A stretch of DNA of 64,000 nucleotides from an uncultured Pirellulaceae bacterium. Its GTDB lineage: Bacteria > Planctomycetota > Planctomycetia > Pirellulales > Pirellulaceae. Within the stretch, counting starts at the first letter, position 1, and the number at the start of each line of letters is the position of its first letter. The position numbers were made by a program, and so were the translations under genes. The notes under the pieces were generated by a model. That model did not search any database and was not told the DNA's origin. It worked only from the letters and a program-made list of their open reading frames with translations. Shown here in pieces: positions 47,915 to 57,659 of this stretch. Location of the stretch: the NCBI GenBank assembly GCA_964625155.1, contig CAZVBC010000001.1, positions 1,559 through 65,558 on the forward strand, read 5' to 3'.

Positions 47915-48206
47915 CTGTTGATCTTGCAAAAAAATGATCTTGCAAGAATGCTCCCATATTTGGGGCAAAAATCGGTTTTAAGCTAAATCAATTTGGACAT
48001 CTAAGGGCGTCCAGGTTGGTTCTTCCTAATTGAATGCCACCCGCTCGAATCGAAAATAAAGATCGTTTTCGCGGCGGTGATCTTGGTGATTCTCTCGCAA
48101 TTCTGCAGGGATTTTTTACGGCGGATCACCATCGATCGATTGTTCAGACATACCCCGCATACAATGATTTGCGAATTGATGCTCGACACTCAGCGCAGGC
48201 AAAACA

Positions 48207-49946
48207 ATGGATAACAACGAAATCGCGGATGCGTTTGACGAAATGGCAGAACTGCTGGAATTGAGTGGCGAGAATATGTTTCGCATTCGCGCTTATCGTA
48301 CTGGCGCCAAAGCAATTCGCGAGCTTCCGGAACAGGTTGCCGACGTTTTAGCTGATCCCGCGAGAGATTTGAAGGATATACCTGGAATTGGCCAGACCCT
48401 GGCAGACAAGAGTAAGGTCTTGGTAACATCTGGCAGCTTGCCGCAACTGGAGGAACTGCGCAAGCAAATCCCGTCTGGTTTGTTGCGCATCATGCACATT
48501 CCGGGATTGGGGGCTAAGAAGGCAATCGCTTTGCATCGCGAATTGGGAATTGAAAACCTAGATCAACTGCGCTCGGCGTGCGAGCAACATCGGGTACGTG
48601 AAATCAAAGGATTTGGCGAAAAGACGGAAAAGTCAATTCTTGAAGGTCTTGCAATTGCCGAGTCAGCGGCACAGCGTCTACGCATCGATCAAGCTATGGC
48701 TCTGGCCTCACGAGTAAGAATGCATATGTCAAGCTGCGTATCAATCAAGCGGTTAGAGTTTGCAGGGAGTTTGCGGCGAGGAAAAGAAACTGTCGGCGAC
48801 TTGGATATGCTGGTGATTAGTGACCAGCCCAGTGAAGTGATGGACCATTTTGGTCAAATGCGTGGCATCGCCAAGATTATCGGGCGTGGCGAAACCAAGA
48901 TGTCGGTGCGCGTAGATGATCATTTTCAGGTCGATCTTCGCGTCGTGCCCGCAGCGAGTTTTGGTGCAGCACTCCAATACTTTACCGGCTCCAAGGAACA
49001 TAACGTCGCTATTCGACATCGCGCGAAGAAGATGGGGCTGACCATCAACGAATACGGAGTCGCCAAACTCGAGTCTCCTGACAAACTATTTGCAGGGTCA
49101 TCCGAAGACGAACTCTATTCCAGTTTGGGCTTGAAGTGGATTCCGCCCGAGTTGCGCGAAGGTCGACACGAAATCGAATGGGCTGCCTCGCCACAAGGCT
49201 TTCCGGATCTCGTTGAGTTACAGGATTTGCGTGGCGATCTGCATATGCACTCAACTGCCTCAGACGGGACAGAATCCATTACATCAATGGCTGCCGCCGC
49301 TCAGCAGCGTGGTCTCCACTACGTGGCTATCACTGACCATTCCAAGCGAGTCAGCATGGCCAGAGGGCTGGACGCACAACGATTGTTAGCTCAATGGTCG
49401 ACCATCGACGAACTAAATCGAGACGCAATGGGCTCAACGCAAATTCGTATTCTCAAGGGAATAGAGTGTGATATTTTGGAAGCCGGGCCGCTCGATCTTC
49501 ATGACGAAGTCCTGGCTCAAGCCGATTGGGTTGTGGCCAGTATTCATTACGGTCAAAAACAATCTCGACAGGAGATCACCGATCGCATCATTGGGGCGCT
49601 GAGAAATCCTCATGTCGATTGCATTGCTCATCCAACTGGCCGCTTGATTGGTCGGCGTCCAGCGTATGAGTTAGACATTACAGCAGTCATACAGGCGGCT
49701 GCTGAGTTCAAAAAATGCTTAGAACTCAATGCGCATCCAACTCGATTGGATCTTTCCGAGCTCCATCTCATGAACACAATCGCGGCTGGAGTCCCGATCG
49801 CTATTAATACCGATGCACATTCGATAGAGGGGCTGGATGTGATGTCCTTTGGAGTTACGCAAGCTCGGCGAGCGGGTGTGATTGCGTCGCAAGTCATCAA
49901 TACTTGGCCACTCGATGAGCTTCTCGAATGGCTGCAACGCTCATAA
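48207..49946 (+). CDS. polX: DNA polymerase X family protein with a C-terminal PHP phosphoesterase domain
   Basis: HhH motifs ('[11 protein letters not shown]', '[12 protein letters not shown]', '[12 protein letters not shown]'), Pol-beta nucleotidyltransferase '[18 protein letters not shown]', and PHP '[12 protein letters not shown]...ITDHS'. Confidence 0.92.
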   Translation: MDNNEIADAFDEMAELLELSGENMFRIRAYRTGAKAIRELPEQVADVLADPARDLKDIPGIGQTLADKSKVLVTSGSLPQLEELRKQIPSGLLRIMHIPGLGAKKAIALHRELGIENLDQLRSACEQHRVREIKGFGEKTEKSILEGLAIAESAAQRLRIDQAMALASRVRMHMSSCVSIKRLEFAGSLRRGKETVGDLDMLVISDQPSEVMDHFGQMRGIAKIIGRGETKMSVRVDDHFQVDLRVVPAASFGAALQYFTGSKEHNVAIRHRAKKMGLTINEYGVAKLESPDKLFAGSSEDELYSSLGLKWIPPELREGRHEIEWAASPQGFPDLVELQDLRGDLHMHSTASDGTESITSMAAAAQQRGLHYVAITDHSKRVSMARGLDAQRLLAQWSTIDELNRDAMGSTQIRILKGIECDILEAGPLDLHDEVLAQADWVVASIHYGQKQSRQEITDRIIGALRNPHVDCIAHPTGRLIGRRPAYELDITAVIQAAAEFKKCLELNAHPTRLDLSELHLMNTIAAGVPIAINTDAHSIEGLDVMSFGVTQARRAGVIASQVINTWPLDELLEWLQRS

Positions 49947-50146
49947 ACACTGCTGAAGATTCATAAGGTAACTGTTGTACCGATTATGCCAGTTGATCGA
50001 CTCACGAGTCTAGTCGATTTGCAGCCTATTTGATTGCTTTGGTCAAGTACATAACCTAATTTTCGGTACGCGCCAGATTACCAGCATGACGACGTAAAGA
50101 GTGCTGGCAACGCATCGTAATCTGCTACAGTAGTAATGTATTGATC

Positions 50147-51694
50147 ATGCCGAATTCTGTACCAACTCATTTGTCAGGCTTGTCCAGCGCCATTGCTGGT
50201 GGCAATTCGGCCGGGGATAGTGCCAAGCTGGACGAATTGTTGCAACGCATCAATCAGCTTGCCGGTAATGCAACTACCAGCGCCCCTGCCGCCGATTCGT
50301 CCAGTCGGGCAGCAGCAGCAGATCCCACACCGCCGCAAATCCCCAAGCCCCTCGGTGAACCGGCAGTGTCCGCGCCCGTACCTCCCAGTGCCCCAGCTCA
50401 AAACTTTGCAAAAATCACAGGGAACTCCGAAGAACCATTTGTACCAAACGTCCCTGGTTCACTTCGCGAAGCTGGCGTCGGTGAAGGATTGGTCGAAGAA
50501 TTAATCATGCGGTTTCTATTGACCAAGGGAGAGGCTCCAGGTCGCATGATCGCGGATCAAATCAAATTGCCATTTCGATTGATCGAGCCGATTCTCAATC
50601 GACTGAAATACGAGCAAATGACCGCCTATCGCGGAGCCAATACGTTACACGACTACACACACGTTTTGACGGACCAGGGAATGGACCGTGCCCGGCGGTA
50701 CAACCTGCGTACGACTTATTTCGGTGCTGCACCTGTTCCGCTCGACCAATACTGCCAAGCTGTCAAGCTCCAGTCTGTAGAAGGCCAGAACCCTGGCCCT
50801 CAAGATCTTGCACGAGCCTTTAAGGACTTGTTGATCGATCGAAAGATGTTTGGACGCTTGGGCCCGGCGATCAACAGTGGTAAAGGGATGTTCCTTTTTG
50901 GTTATCCAGGTAACGGGAAAACCAGTATTGCGGAACGAGTTACCCAAGCGTTTGGGAAGTTTATCTGGATTCCGCGCAGCATCATTATCGAAGGAGAGAT
51001 CATGCGTTTGTATGATCCCCTGATGCACCAGGAAGAGGAACTGGCCACGGGAAGCGGCACGAATTTCGAGGAAAGCAAGTTTGACCGACGCTGGGTTCGC
51101 GTTCGGCGTCCAACGATCGTGGCCGGTGGTGAACTGACCATGGATATGCTGGAAGTTCGCAAAGACCACGTTACCAATATCAGTGAAGCTCCGCTGCAGT
51201 TGAAGAGTAACTGTGGAGTGCTGCTGATCGACGATTTTGGCCGCCAAAAAATGCGAGTTGACGAACTGTTGAATCGCTGGATCGTACCACTTGAAAAACG
51301 CTACGACTATTTAAACCTTTGCAGCGGCAAGAAGACGCAAGTTCCTTTTGACCAATTGGTTATTTTCTCAACCAACTTGCAACCTAAAGACTTGGTCGAC
51401 GATGCGTTCTTGCGTCGTATTCCCTACAAGATCGAAGTGCCTAATCCCAGTGAAGAAGCATTCCGAAAGCTGTTCGAGATCATGTGTCCAAAAATTGGAA
51501 TTCCGTACCAGCCAGAATCGATCAATTACTTAGTTGAAAAGCATTATAAGGTGAACGGACGCCCGTTCCGCAACTGTCACCCACGAGACTTGTTACTGCA
51601 AGTTCGCAATTATTGCCTGTACCACAAATATCCACTTGAGTTGCGTGTTGAGTATCTCGATTTTGCTTGCGAAAACTACTTTTCAATCATGTAG
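50147..51694 (+). CDS. AAA+ ATPase with a Pro/Ala-rich N-terminal region
   Basis: Walker A 'GYPGNGKTS', Walker B 'VLLIDDFGRQ', sensor-1 'VIFSTNL', and 'DAFLRRIPYKIEV' (Arg-finger region). The first ~100 aa are low-complexity ('AAADPTPPQIPKPLGEPAVSAPVPPSAPA'). The ATG at 50147 is preferred over the TTG at 50141. Confidence 0.75.
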   Translation: MPNSVPTHLSGLSSAIAGGNSAGDSAKLDELLQRINQLAGNATTSAPAADSSSRAAAADPTPPQIPKPLGEPAVSAPVPPSAPAQNFAKITGNSEEPFVPNVPGSLREAGVGEGLVEELIMRFLLTKGEAPGRMIADQIKLPFRLIEPILNRLKYEQMTAYRGANTLHDYTHVLTDQGMDRARRYNLRTTYFGAAPVPLDQYCQAVKLQSVEGQNPGPQDLARAFKDLLIDRKMFGRLGPAINSGKGMFLFGYPGNGKTSIAERVTQAFGKFIWIPRSIIIEGEIMRLYDPLMHQEEELATGSGTNFEESKFDRRWVRVRRPTIVAGGELTMDMLEVRKDHVTNISEAPLQLKSNCGVLLIDDFGRQKMRVDELLNRWIVPLEKRYDYLNLCSGKKTQVPFDQLVIFSTNLQPKDLVDDAFLRRIPYKIEVPNPSEEAFRKLFEIMCPKIGIPYQPESINYLVEKHYKVNGRPFRNCHPRDLLLQVRNYCLYHKYPLELRVEYLDFACENYFSIM

Positions 51695-51829
51695 TTGATC
51701 GGCTAGGAAGTTGGTCGGCAACGCAGTCACACAGCGTTTGAATAAATACGGTAACCCGTGTACCATCCTCTAAATCATATCGCGGGTGCATCCTGGTGTG
51801 GCTAGCGCATGCAACTCGAACTGAATAGT

Positions 51830-52831
51830 TCAGCTCCCAGTATGCAGCTCGACGATATCGCCATCCAGTGGTTCATAATCCGGTTTGACCATGGTTCCAT
51901 CATGTACGGCTTTACCCCAGATTTTTGCCCCGCGCAAATTACTGGCCATGTCGCGATGCACGTTTTCGGCCACTTCAACTAATGTCTGACCTCGTCGAAT
52001 TGTAAATGGCTTGGTCATATCCGCCTCTTTGTGCTTGGGGTGTTTTGTGTATACCCGCACGATTCCCAGAGACTCAAACACCCATTTGCGTAATTCGTCT
52101 AAACCAAGTTGTTCTGTAGCGCTGACCTGCAGGCGTTCAAACGGTAATTGAACAAATTCATCTAGCAATTGAATACGTTCACTCGCGCCTGGATCGTCGC
52201 ATTTATTCAGCAGCAGTAACGTGCGCGTCATACTCACACCGATATCTTGCTCATCCAGTCCAGTCGTTGTGCCCAAACGTGTCTTCCCGTCAGAAAAACG
52301 TGCCAACACAGCTTGAGTGTCCTCAATCAGCGTATCGCTGGCCACATCGACGACCAACAAGACGGCATCAGCACCACGTACCAAACCGATGAGACTGGGG
52401 TCGAGATAATCCGCAGTGACTGGCGGCAGGTCGATCAATTGAAATGGACAGTCTTCAAAGTTCATCATCCCAGGTTGTGGAGCTTGTGTCGTAAACGGAT
52501 AAGGTGCAATTTCCGGTTGGGCTCGCGTCAGCGCAGCAAGCAATTGGCTTTTCCCGACGTTGGGAGCACCAATCAATACGATGCGCCCCGCTCCCTGTCT
52601 AGGTATTTTGGCGGCCGATTTCGGTGCACTAGGTTGTGAAGACTGTTTTTGTATGTCCGTTTTGAGTTTAGCAATTTTGCTTTTTAGATCAGCCTGCAGA
52701 TGATCCGTCCCTTTATGCTTCGGAATCTCCCGCAGCATGATCTGTAGGCAATCCAATTCCTCTTGAGCCGATTGGGCCTGTCGATACGCGGCCTCGGCCT
52801 TCAGGTACTGCTGTGTTAGATTGGCTGGCAT
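51830..52831 (-). CDS. DRG/Rbg-like OBG-family GTPase with a C-terminal TGS domain
   Basis: The N-terminal helical segment 'KHKGTDHLQADLKSKIAKLKTDI' resembles that of DRG proteins. G1 'GAPNVGKS', G4 'LLLNKCD', and C-terminal TGS-like 'GTMVKPDYEPLDGDIVELH'. The G3 region reads 'IDLPPV' instead of DxPG. Confidence 0.75.
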   Translation of the reverse strand: MPANLTQQYLKAEAAYRQAQSAQEELDCLQIMLREIPKHKGTDHLQADLKSKIAKLKTDIQKQSSQPSAPKSAAKIPRQGAGRIVLIGAPNVGKSQLLAALTRAQPEIAPYPFTTQAPQPGMMNFEDCPFQLIDLPPVTADYLDPSLIGLVRGADAVLLVVDVASDTLIEDTQAVLARFSDGKTRLGTTTGLDEQDIGVSMTRTLLLLNKCDDPGASERIQLLDEFVQLPFERLQVSATEQLGLDELRKWVFESLGIVRVYTKHPKHKEADMTKPFTIRRGQTLVEVAENVHRDMASNLRGAKIWGKAVHDGTMVKPDYEPLDGDIVELHTGS

Positions 52832-52835
52832 TTCC

Positions 52836-53930
52836 CTAGCTCTCCTCAGTGAATCGCCATTGCGCTCCGCTGGACGGTCCCGTCACGATAATTTCCCAAC
52901 GCGGATTTGACACTTGATCCGCGATCCTGTTTGCATGCTCGTCGGCAATTACAGCCTCTTCCGCAAATCCAAATACGGTTGGTCCCCAACTGGATTGCCC
53001 TACCCCTCGCAACCCAACCTGCTGGGCCAATTCAACTGCCTGCTGAATGGCTGGCCCACGAAACAATCCACCTTGGACACCGCGAAACAATTCACCAGCC
53101 AATTGCGTGTATTGTTCCAAGGCTTCGACGAAGCCAGCAAAATTTCGGGCTCGAGTATTTTCAAGACATTGCTGTGCGAGCTGCCACATCGGTTGACAGG
53201 TATCACTTGCGTGTGAAGACGCAGTTTGAATTAGCTGGAATTCGCGCTGACCACTAATTCGTTCACCATCCTCGGGAATGATCAGCACCACTCGCCAATT
53301 GCTTGGCCAGGACACATGTTCGGTAAATATCGAGCCAGGTAGACGGCTCGCCACCTCTGCTGCCCAAGAGCCTCGCTGCACAGTCGCACTTGTTGGAGAA
53401 TGACCATGGTCGAGAATCAAACCACCATATAAGAAACCGTGGAGTCCAATCGCCGAACGCTTGCCACGCCCGGACCAGCGTGCCAAATGTTCCAGATGAT
53501 CCGACTCGGGGTGCGCCAGTCCCTGCACGATCTCTTTCCATGGCATAGCACATTGAGGATGCGAAGCCACTTGATGTTCTAACAGCCAAGTACCCGCCGA
53601 CACGGCGCAAGCTAGCTGGGTGCCAAACCCCAATCCACTGTGAAATCTAGAAGGCGTCACTAGACTGACGGGCAACGATTCAGCATGCTGACGAGATTCG
53701 TTTTCCATAGTGACTCGTTGCAGCACACTGGCAATGCGTTCCGCAGCCTCGCGGTCACTAGAAATTGGCCAGCTTCCTCGACCCCATCGCACGATAAACG
53801 ACGGTTGTTGGACCATCAAGCCTAAACCGCCAAAACGATGAGGCTGACCTTCGGCCAATTCCATTAGCCCAAAGTGTAATCGACTTCCAGCTCGAACCTC
53901 CAGCAATGAATCGACTCCACTATGAAACAA
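52836..53930 (-). CDS. mptG: Beta-ribofuranosylaminobenzene 5'-phosphate (RFAP) synthase, GHMP-kinase superfamily (methanopterin biosynthesis)
   Basis: N-terminal 'AGSRLHFGLMEL....RFGGLGLMVQQP' matches the hallmark RFAP-synthase start. 'SGLGFGTQLA' is a GHMP motif-II-like loop, and 'VGQSSWGPTVFG' a motif-III-like loop. TTG start, uncertain. Confidence 0.72.
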   Translation of the reverse strand: MFHSGVDSLLEVRAGSRLHFGLMELAEGQPHRFGGLGLMVQQPSFIVRWGRGSWPISSDREAAERIASVLQRVTMENESRQHAESLPVSLVTPSRFHSGLGFGTQLACAVSAGTWLLEHQVASHPQCAMPWKEIVQGLAHPESDHLEHLARWSGRGKRSAIGLHGFLYGGLILDHGHSPTSATVQRGSWAAEVASRLPGSIFTEHVSWPSNWRVVLIIPEDGERISGQREFQLIQTASSHASDTCQPMWQLAQQCLENTRARNFAGFVEALEQYTQLAGELFRGVQGGLFRGPAIQQAVELAQQVGLRGVGQSSWGPTVFGFAEEAVIADEHANRIADQVSNPRWEIIVTGPSSGAQWRFTEES

Positions 53931-54189
53931 TTACGATGTAACGGCCGGCGAAAAGCGAGATGGTTGCACAGCGGCCAGTAAGAAATAGTCCCAAAACATC
54001 TTCTCTGTATCGATCGTAGCGGAATCTTTCAAGGATTTCGAGGATCTTCGAAGCAATCGAAATGCTTGACGCATTTCGCGACCACACTCGCCGACTCCAA
54101 ATCGGGAACTTATTTCGCGACTATTCCTAACCTGCATTTTACGTTAAAGCGGCTGACCTATTCCAGTCCAGGTCGCCGCAACATCCCAA

Positions 54190-54798
54190 TTACGCAGGTG
54201 ATATTGACTCCTGAAGATACCGTTGAATCAACTCCCATGCCAATCGTTCTCGCTCTCCACCAGTTTTATCGATCATGGGCTGCCACCGCGCCAAATCTTC
54301 GAGTACTTGCTCGCGTCCGATCAAATGCATGCGAGTAGCCAAAATAGCCCCTTCGAGCACCGCGTGTTTAGCCCGATTCCAACCCCAGAATGGCCTCAGT
54401 GCTCCTTGGTGCGTAACTTGCGCAAACGCTTGGCTACGAATCTCCGTGACATCCCACGCATGCACTTCCAAACGGTACCAATGGCAAGCTTGTCGAATGA
54501 TCCAGCCACCATGTTCGATGCGTTCGAATTCCAATTCGACGGGATATCCAAGAGCGGCTTGCACAACAGGCACGACGTCGTCCACAACATGAAAGATTCC
54601 ACTCGCTGTTTCTCGCAACAGCCGGAAGGTCGTGGACGATTGGAAAGGCCGCAGAATCCACGTGGTCAAATCTTCATTAACAACCGGCCCCATCGGAGCC
54701 ACGTGAACCTGCCCGTCGCCAGCTTGAGTCGTAAGTAGGCCTTCAATAATCACGATCAATAACTGCGGCTGTAATCGGGAAGTACAACTGGCACACAA
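54190..54798 (-). CDS. DUF447-like (FMN-binding split-barrel) protein
   Basis: 'IIEGLLTTQAGDGQVHVAPMGPVVNEDLTTWILRPFQSSTTFRLL' resembles the DUF447 N-terminal core seen in archaeal and methylotroph H4MPT gene clusters. The ATG at 54798 would overlap the pabA 3' end by 43 nt, so the true start is uncertain. Confidence 0.55.
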   Translation of the reverse strand: MCASCTSRLQPQLLIVIIEGLLTTQAGDGQVHVAPMGPVVNEDLTTWILRPFQSSTTFRLLRETASGIFHVVDDVVPVVQAALGYPVELEFERIEHGGWIIRQACHWYRLEVHAWDVTEIRSQAFAQVTHQGALRPFWGWNRAKHAVLEGAILATRMHLIGREQVLEDLARWQPMIDKTGGERERLAWELIQRYLQESISPA

Positions 54799-55478
54799 TC
54801 GATTTCTTCAGCCAATGACTTGCCGGCACATTCGCTGGATGCACTTTGACCAGGAAGCGTACAGCCTTGGGACAGATCCGATTGTGGCATCTCAACAGAT
54901 GACTGTGGGTGACCAGCGATGGTCAAGAAATTCATGATCATTCGATATCCACCTTCAGTCAGAATAGATTCCGGGTGAAACTGTACACCTACGGTCTTAA
55001 ATTGAACATGCGACACAGCCATGATTACACCAGAGGTAGTGGTGGCAGTCACTTCGAGCACCTTGGGAATCGAGGCTGGTTCGGCCACCAGTGAATGATA
55101 GCGCGCAGCCCAAAACGGATTTGGTAAACCGTCAAAAATCCCTCGGCCAATATGCTCGATCGGATACGCTCTTCCATGTACCGGATGGGGTGCGCGTACA
55201 ATTTTAGCCCCAAACGCTTGGCAAATCACTTGGTGCCCCAAACAGACGCCGAGCATCGGTATTCGCTCGGCAAACCTCTCGACTAAGCGCAAGCAACAGC
55301 CTGCTTGAGACGGTCCTTGTGGACCTGGGGAAAGCACAATGGCAGCGTATTTACCATCTTCAATAGCTTTAATGTCGACCGCATCGTTGCGCTGTACTAC
55401 GACCTCTTGCCCCAATCGTTGAAGATATCGCCGCAAGTTGTAAACAAAACTGTCATAGTTATCGACCAGTAGAATCAC
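54756..55478 (-). CDS. pabA: Aminodeoxychorismate/anthranilate synthase component II (class-I glutamine amidotransferase)
   Basis: 'ILLVDNYDSFVYNL', catalytic 'LGVCLGHQ', and 'GVQFHPESI'. The GTG start overlaps the pabB TGA ('GTGA'). A C-terminal tail of about 45 aa is not typical of the family. Confidence 0.88.
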   Translation of the reverse strand: MILLVDNYDSFVYNLRRYLQRLGQEVVVQRNDAVDIKAIEDGKYAAIVLSPGPQGPSQAGCCLRLVERFAERIPMLGVCLGHQVICQAFGAKIVRAPHPVHGRAYPIEHIGRGIFDGLPNPFWAARYHSLVAEPASIPKVLEVTATTTSGVIMAVSHVQFKTVGVQFHPESILTEGGYRMIMNFLTIAGHPQSSVEMPQSDLSQGCTLPGQSASSECAGKSLAEEIDCVPVVLPDYSRSY

Positions 55479-57076
55479 GAAGAACTCCTCTGGACCGAGT
55501 CGATCGCGCGCAGTACGCCCTCAGCTTTATGCCAGGTTTCTTGCTCCTCAAGAATTGGGTCGCTATCAGCGACGATGCCACCTCCGACATGCACCTGCCA
55601 CCAACCATCACACGCGGTTACCGTGCGAATGAGGATGTTCAAATCCATGTCACCTGCGCAGCTTAAGTAGCCGAGCGAACCGCAGTAAGGTCCACGGGTT
55701 GTAGGCTCAAGTTCCGCAATTATCTCCATAGCACGCACTTTCGGAGCACCTGTGATCGAACCACCCGGAAATGTCGCGCGTAGTACTTCACTAGCTCGAG
55801 TTTCCGGAAGCAATGTGCCTTGCACCGCACTCACCAAATGCCAAACGTATCGATACGCCTCCAACTGGCACAGTTGTGTTACCTGAACACTATCTGGGTG
55901 TGCCACTCGCGACAAATCGTTACGTAACAAGTCCACAATCATCACGTTTTCGCTGCGATCTTTCGGACTGACTCGCAACAATTCGCTGATTCCGTGATCG
56001 GCCATCGGGTCGCTCATACGCGGTCGAGTCCCTTTAATGGGCCGAGTTTCGACAATGCCGTCATGCACCTGCAGAAATCTCTCGGGAGAACTACTGATAA
56101 CTTGCACACGTCCAAGATCGGCATAGCCCGCAAAAGGAGCTGGATTTTGTCTGCGCAGGTGAACGTATAAATCTGCAGAATTGGATGTCATTGGGTGCAA
56201 TAATCGCTGAGCCAAATTCACTTGGAAAATGTCCCCCGCATGGACGTATTGTACTCCCCGCGCAACAGCCTCACGAAATCCGGCTGAGGAAAAGTCGCTG
56301 GTCCAAGATGGTGACCAACGAGTTGGGAATTGGCGCGCCAGTGATTTTGGAGGAACGCGCCAAGTATATCCAGCATTGGGAACAGACTTGATCTGGCTTG
56401 GATCATCCGCTTCTAGAAGTGCGAGGAATTGCAAAATTCGTTGGTAAGCTCGTCGTTCACGCTTCTTGGGCGTTCGCTCGGGCCATCCCTGCGAGACCAG
56501 CCACCCTTGGCCAGTCTTATGGTCCCACGCAAGCACAACATCATACATCCCCAACTGTACCAAGGGGTGGCTAAATTCGTTGTGGCGAGGGGCAGGGATC
56601 GTTTCAAAACACCTCCCAAGCTCGTACGCAAACCATCCCATCCAACCACCTTGAAACGGCGGCAAATGAGGATCTTTGGGTTGATAATACTTAGCCAGCA
56701 TATGATCGACAGTAGCCAACGACTGTGGCTGAACTTGATCGACTCGTAGCATCATGAATGGGTCTGCGGACAAATAACTATATCGCCCCAACCGCTCCAA
56801 TGTCATGCTGCTGTCCAGCCACACACAGCCACGCATGCGACTGAGACGCTCGAAGCAGTATTCTGGAGTCCATTCTTCCGGCAGCCCACGTACTAGCGGC
56901 CCGAACTGTGCAGAATCAATCTGCCGTTCTGTTACTGGCACAACGCACTGCGGGCTCGCCCCAGTCGATGAAGTTTGATTCGCTGTAGACGCCACGCGTG
57001 CTCGATGCAGCCCTAACAAACTATCTCCCACTGATTCTGTATTTGTCGAGTCTGATTCAACCACATTGTGCGACAT
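55475..57076 (-). CDS. pabB: Aminodeoxychorismate synthase component I
   Basis: Chorismate-binding C-terminal blocks 'SSSPERFL', 'RPIKGTRPR', 'ENVMIVDLLRNDL', 'TFPGGSITGAPKVRAMEII' and 'RGPYCGSLGY'. 'PIKGT', with Lys where anthranilate synthases have Ala, favours PabB over TrpE. The ATG at 57076 is preferred over the TTG at 57115. Confidence 0.82.
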   Translation of the reverse strand: MSHNVVESDSTNTESVGDSLLGLHRARVASTANQTSSTGASPQCVVPVTERQIDSAQFGPLVRGLPEEWTPEYCFERLSRMRGCVWLDSSMTLERLGRYSYLSADPFMMLRVDQVQPQSLATVDHMLAKYYQPKDPHLPPFQGGWMGWFAYELGRCFETIPAPRHNEFSHPLVQLGMYDVVLAWDHKTGQGWLVSQGWPERTPKKRERRAYQRILQFLALLEADDPSQIKSVPNAGYTWRVPPKSLARQFPTRWSPSWTSDFSSAGFREAVARGVQYVHAGDIFQVNLAQRLLHPMTSNSADLYVHLRRQNPAPFAGYADLGRVQVISSSPERFLQVHDGIVETRPIKGTRPRMSDPMADHGISELLRVSPKDRSENVMIVDLLRNDLSRVAHPDSVQVTQLCQLEAYRYVWHLVSAVQGTLLPETRASEVLRATFPGGSITGAPKVRAMEIIAELEPTTRGPYCGSLGYLSCAGDMDLNILIRTVTACDGWWQVHVGGGIVADSDPILEEQETWHKAEGVLRAIDSVQRSSS

Positions 57077-57659
57077 GAGATACTTGTAAGCAATCGTACG
57101 ATATCGAGTCACCAAACTACCGGGGATGTCCGAACCGAGTCGACACCGACCGATGTTACTATGTTAGATTCCGCAAGCACAAGAGGGGAGGGGGGGCATG
57201 CAAACCCTTCCTCACCTGCCATCTCCCAATTTGAGTTTGGCTCACCATAAAACAAGGCATGCAGCAAAAGATGTGTCACCACTTTGAACTAATCGGCGCG
57301 CACTAACAAGCGTCCAGCGTAGGCCGCAGTTGCTATCAATAGGGAGCTTCCGCTTGATAACAAGCAAAAGCGACGTGACCGAGATCTAAACGGACGCGGA
57401 TAGTCACGAGAAGCCTTAAAAAGCGGTTTGTACCTTTACTTACTCGCCAAACGTGCGATAAACAATCAAATCTAAGAAGGAAACTCTCGTTAGCTCGATA
57501 ACGAGTTCTGGCTGAGAAAAATTGGCGCTATCGAATAGCCTTGGGAATTTTTGCACCCAGGCATAGTTTTTTTCTTCCAAGAAAGCGACTCTGGTTTCAC
57601 TTCCGACCTCGGTGGTGGAGCGAACTGGTGATCCTATTTAACTGAAACGGAAATTGTAC

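Noticed and set aside
47919-47947. Direct repeat 'tgatcttgcaa' x2 just 3' of tRNA-Ala, and a 14-nt match ('atgatcttgcaaga') to 61980..61993, considered as possible att-site scars
   Set aside because: Exact 11-14-nt matches are expected several times by chance in 64 kb. No integrase or foreign-looking cargo flanks the tRNA. The integrase remnant is 46 kb away.
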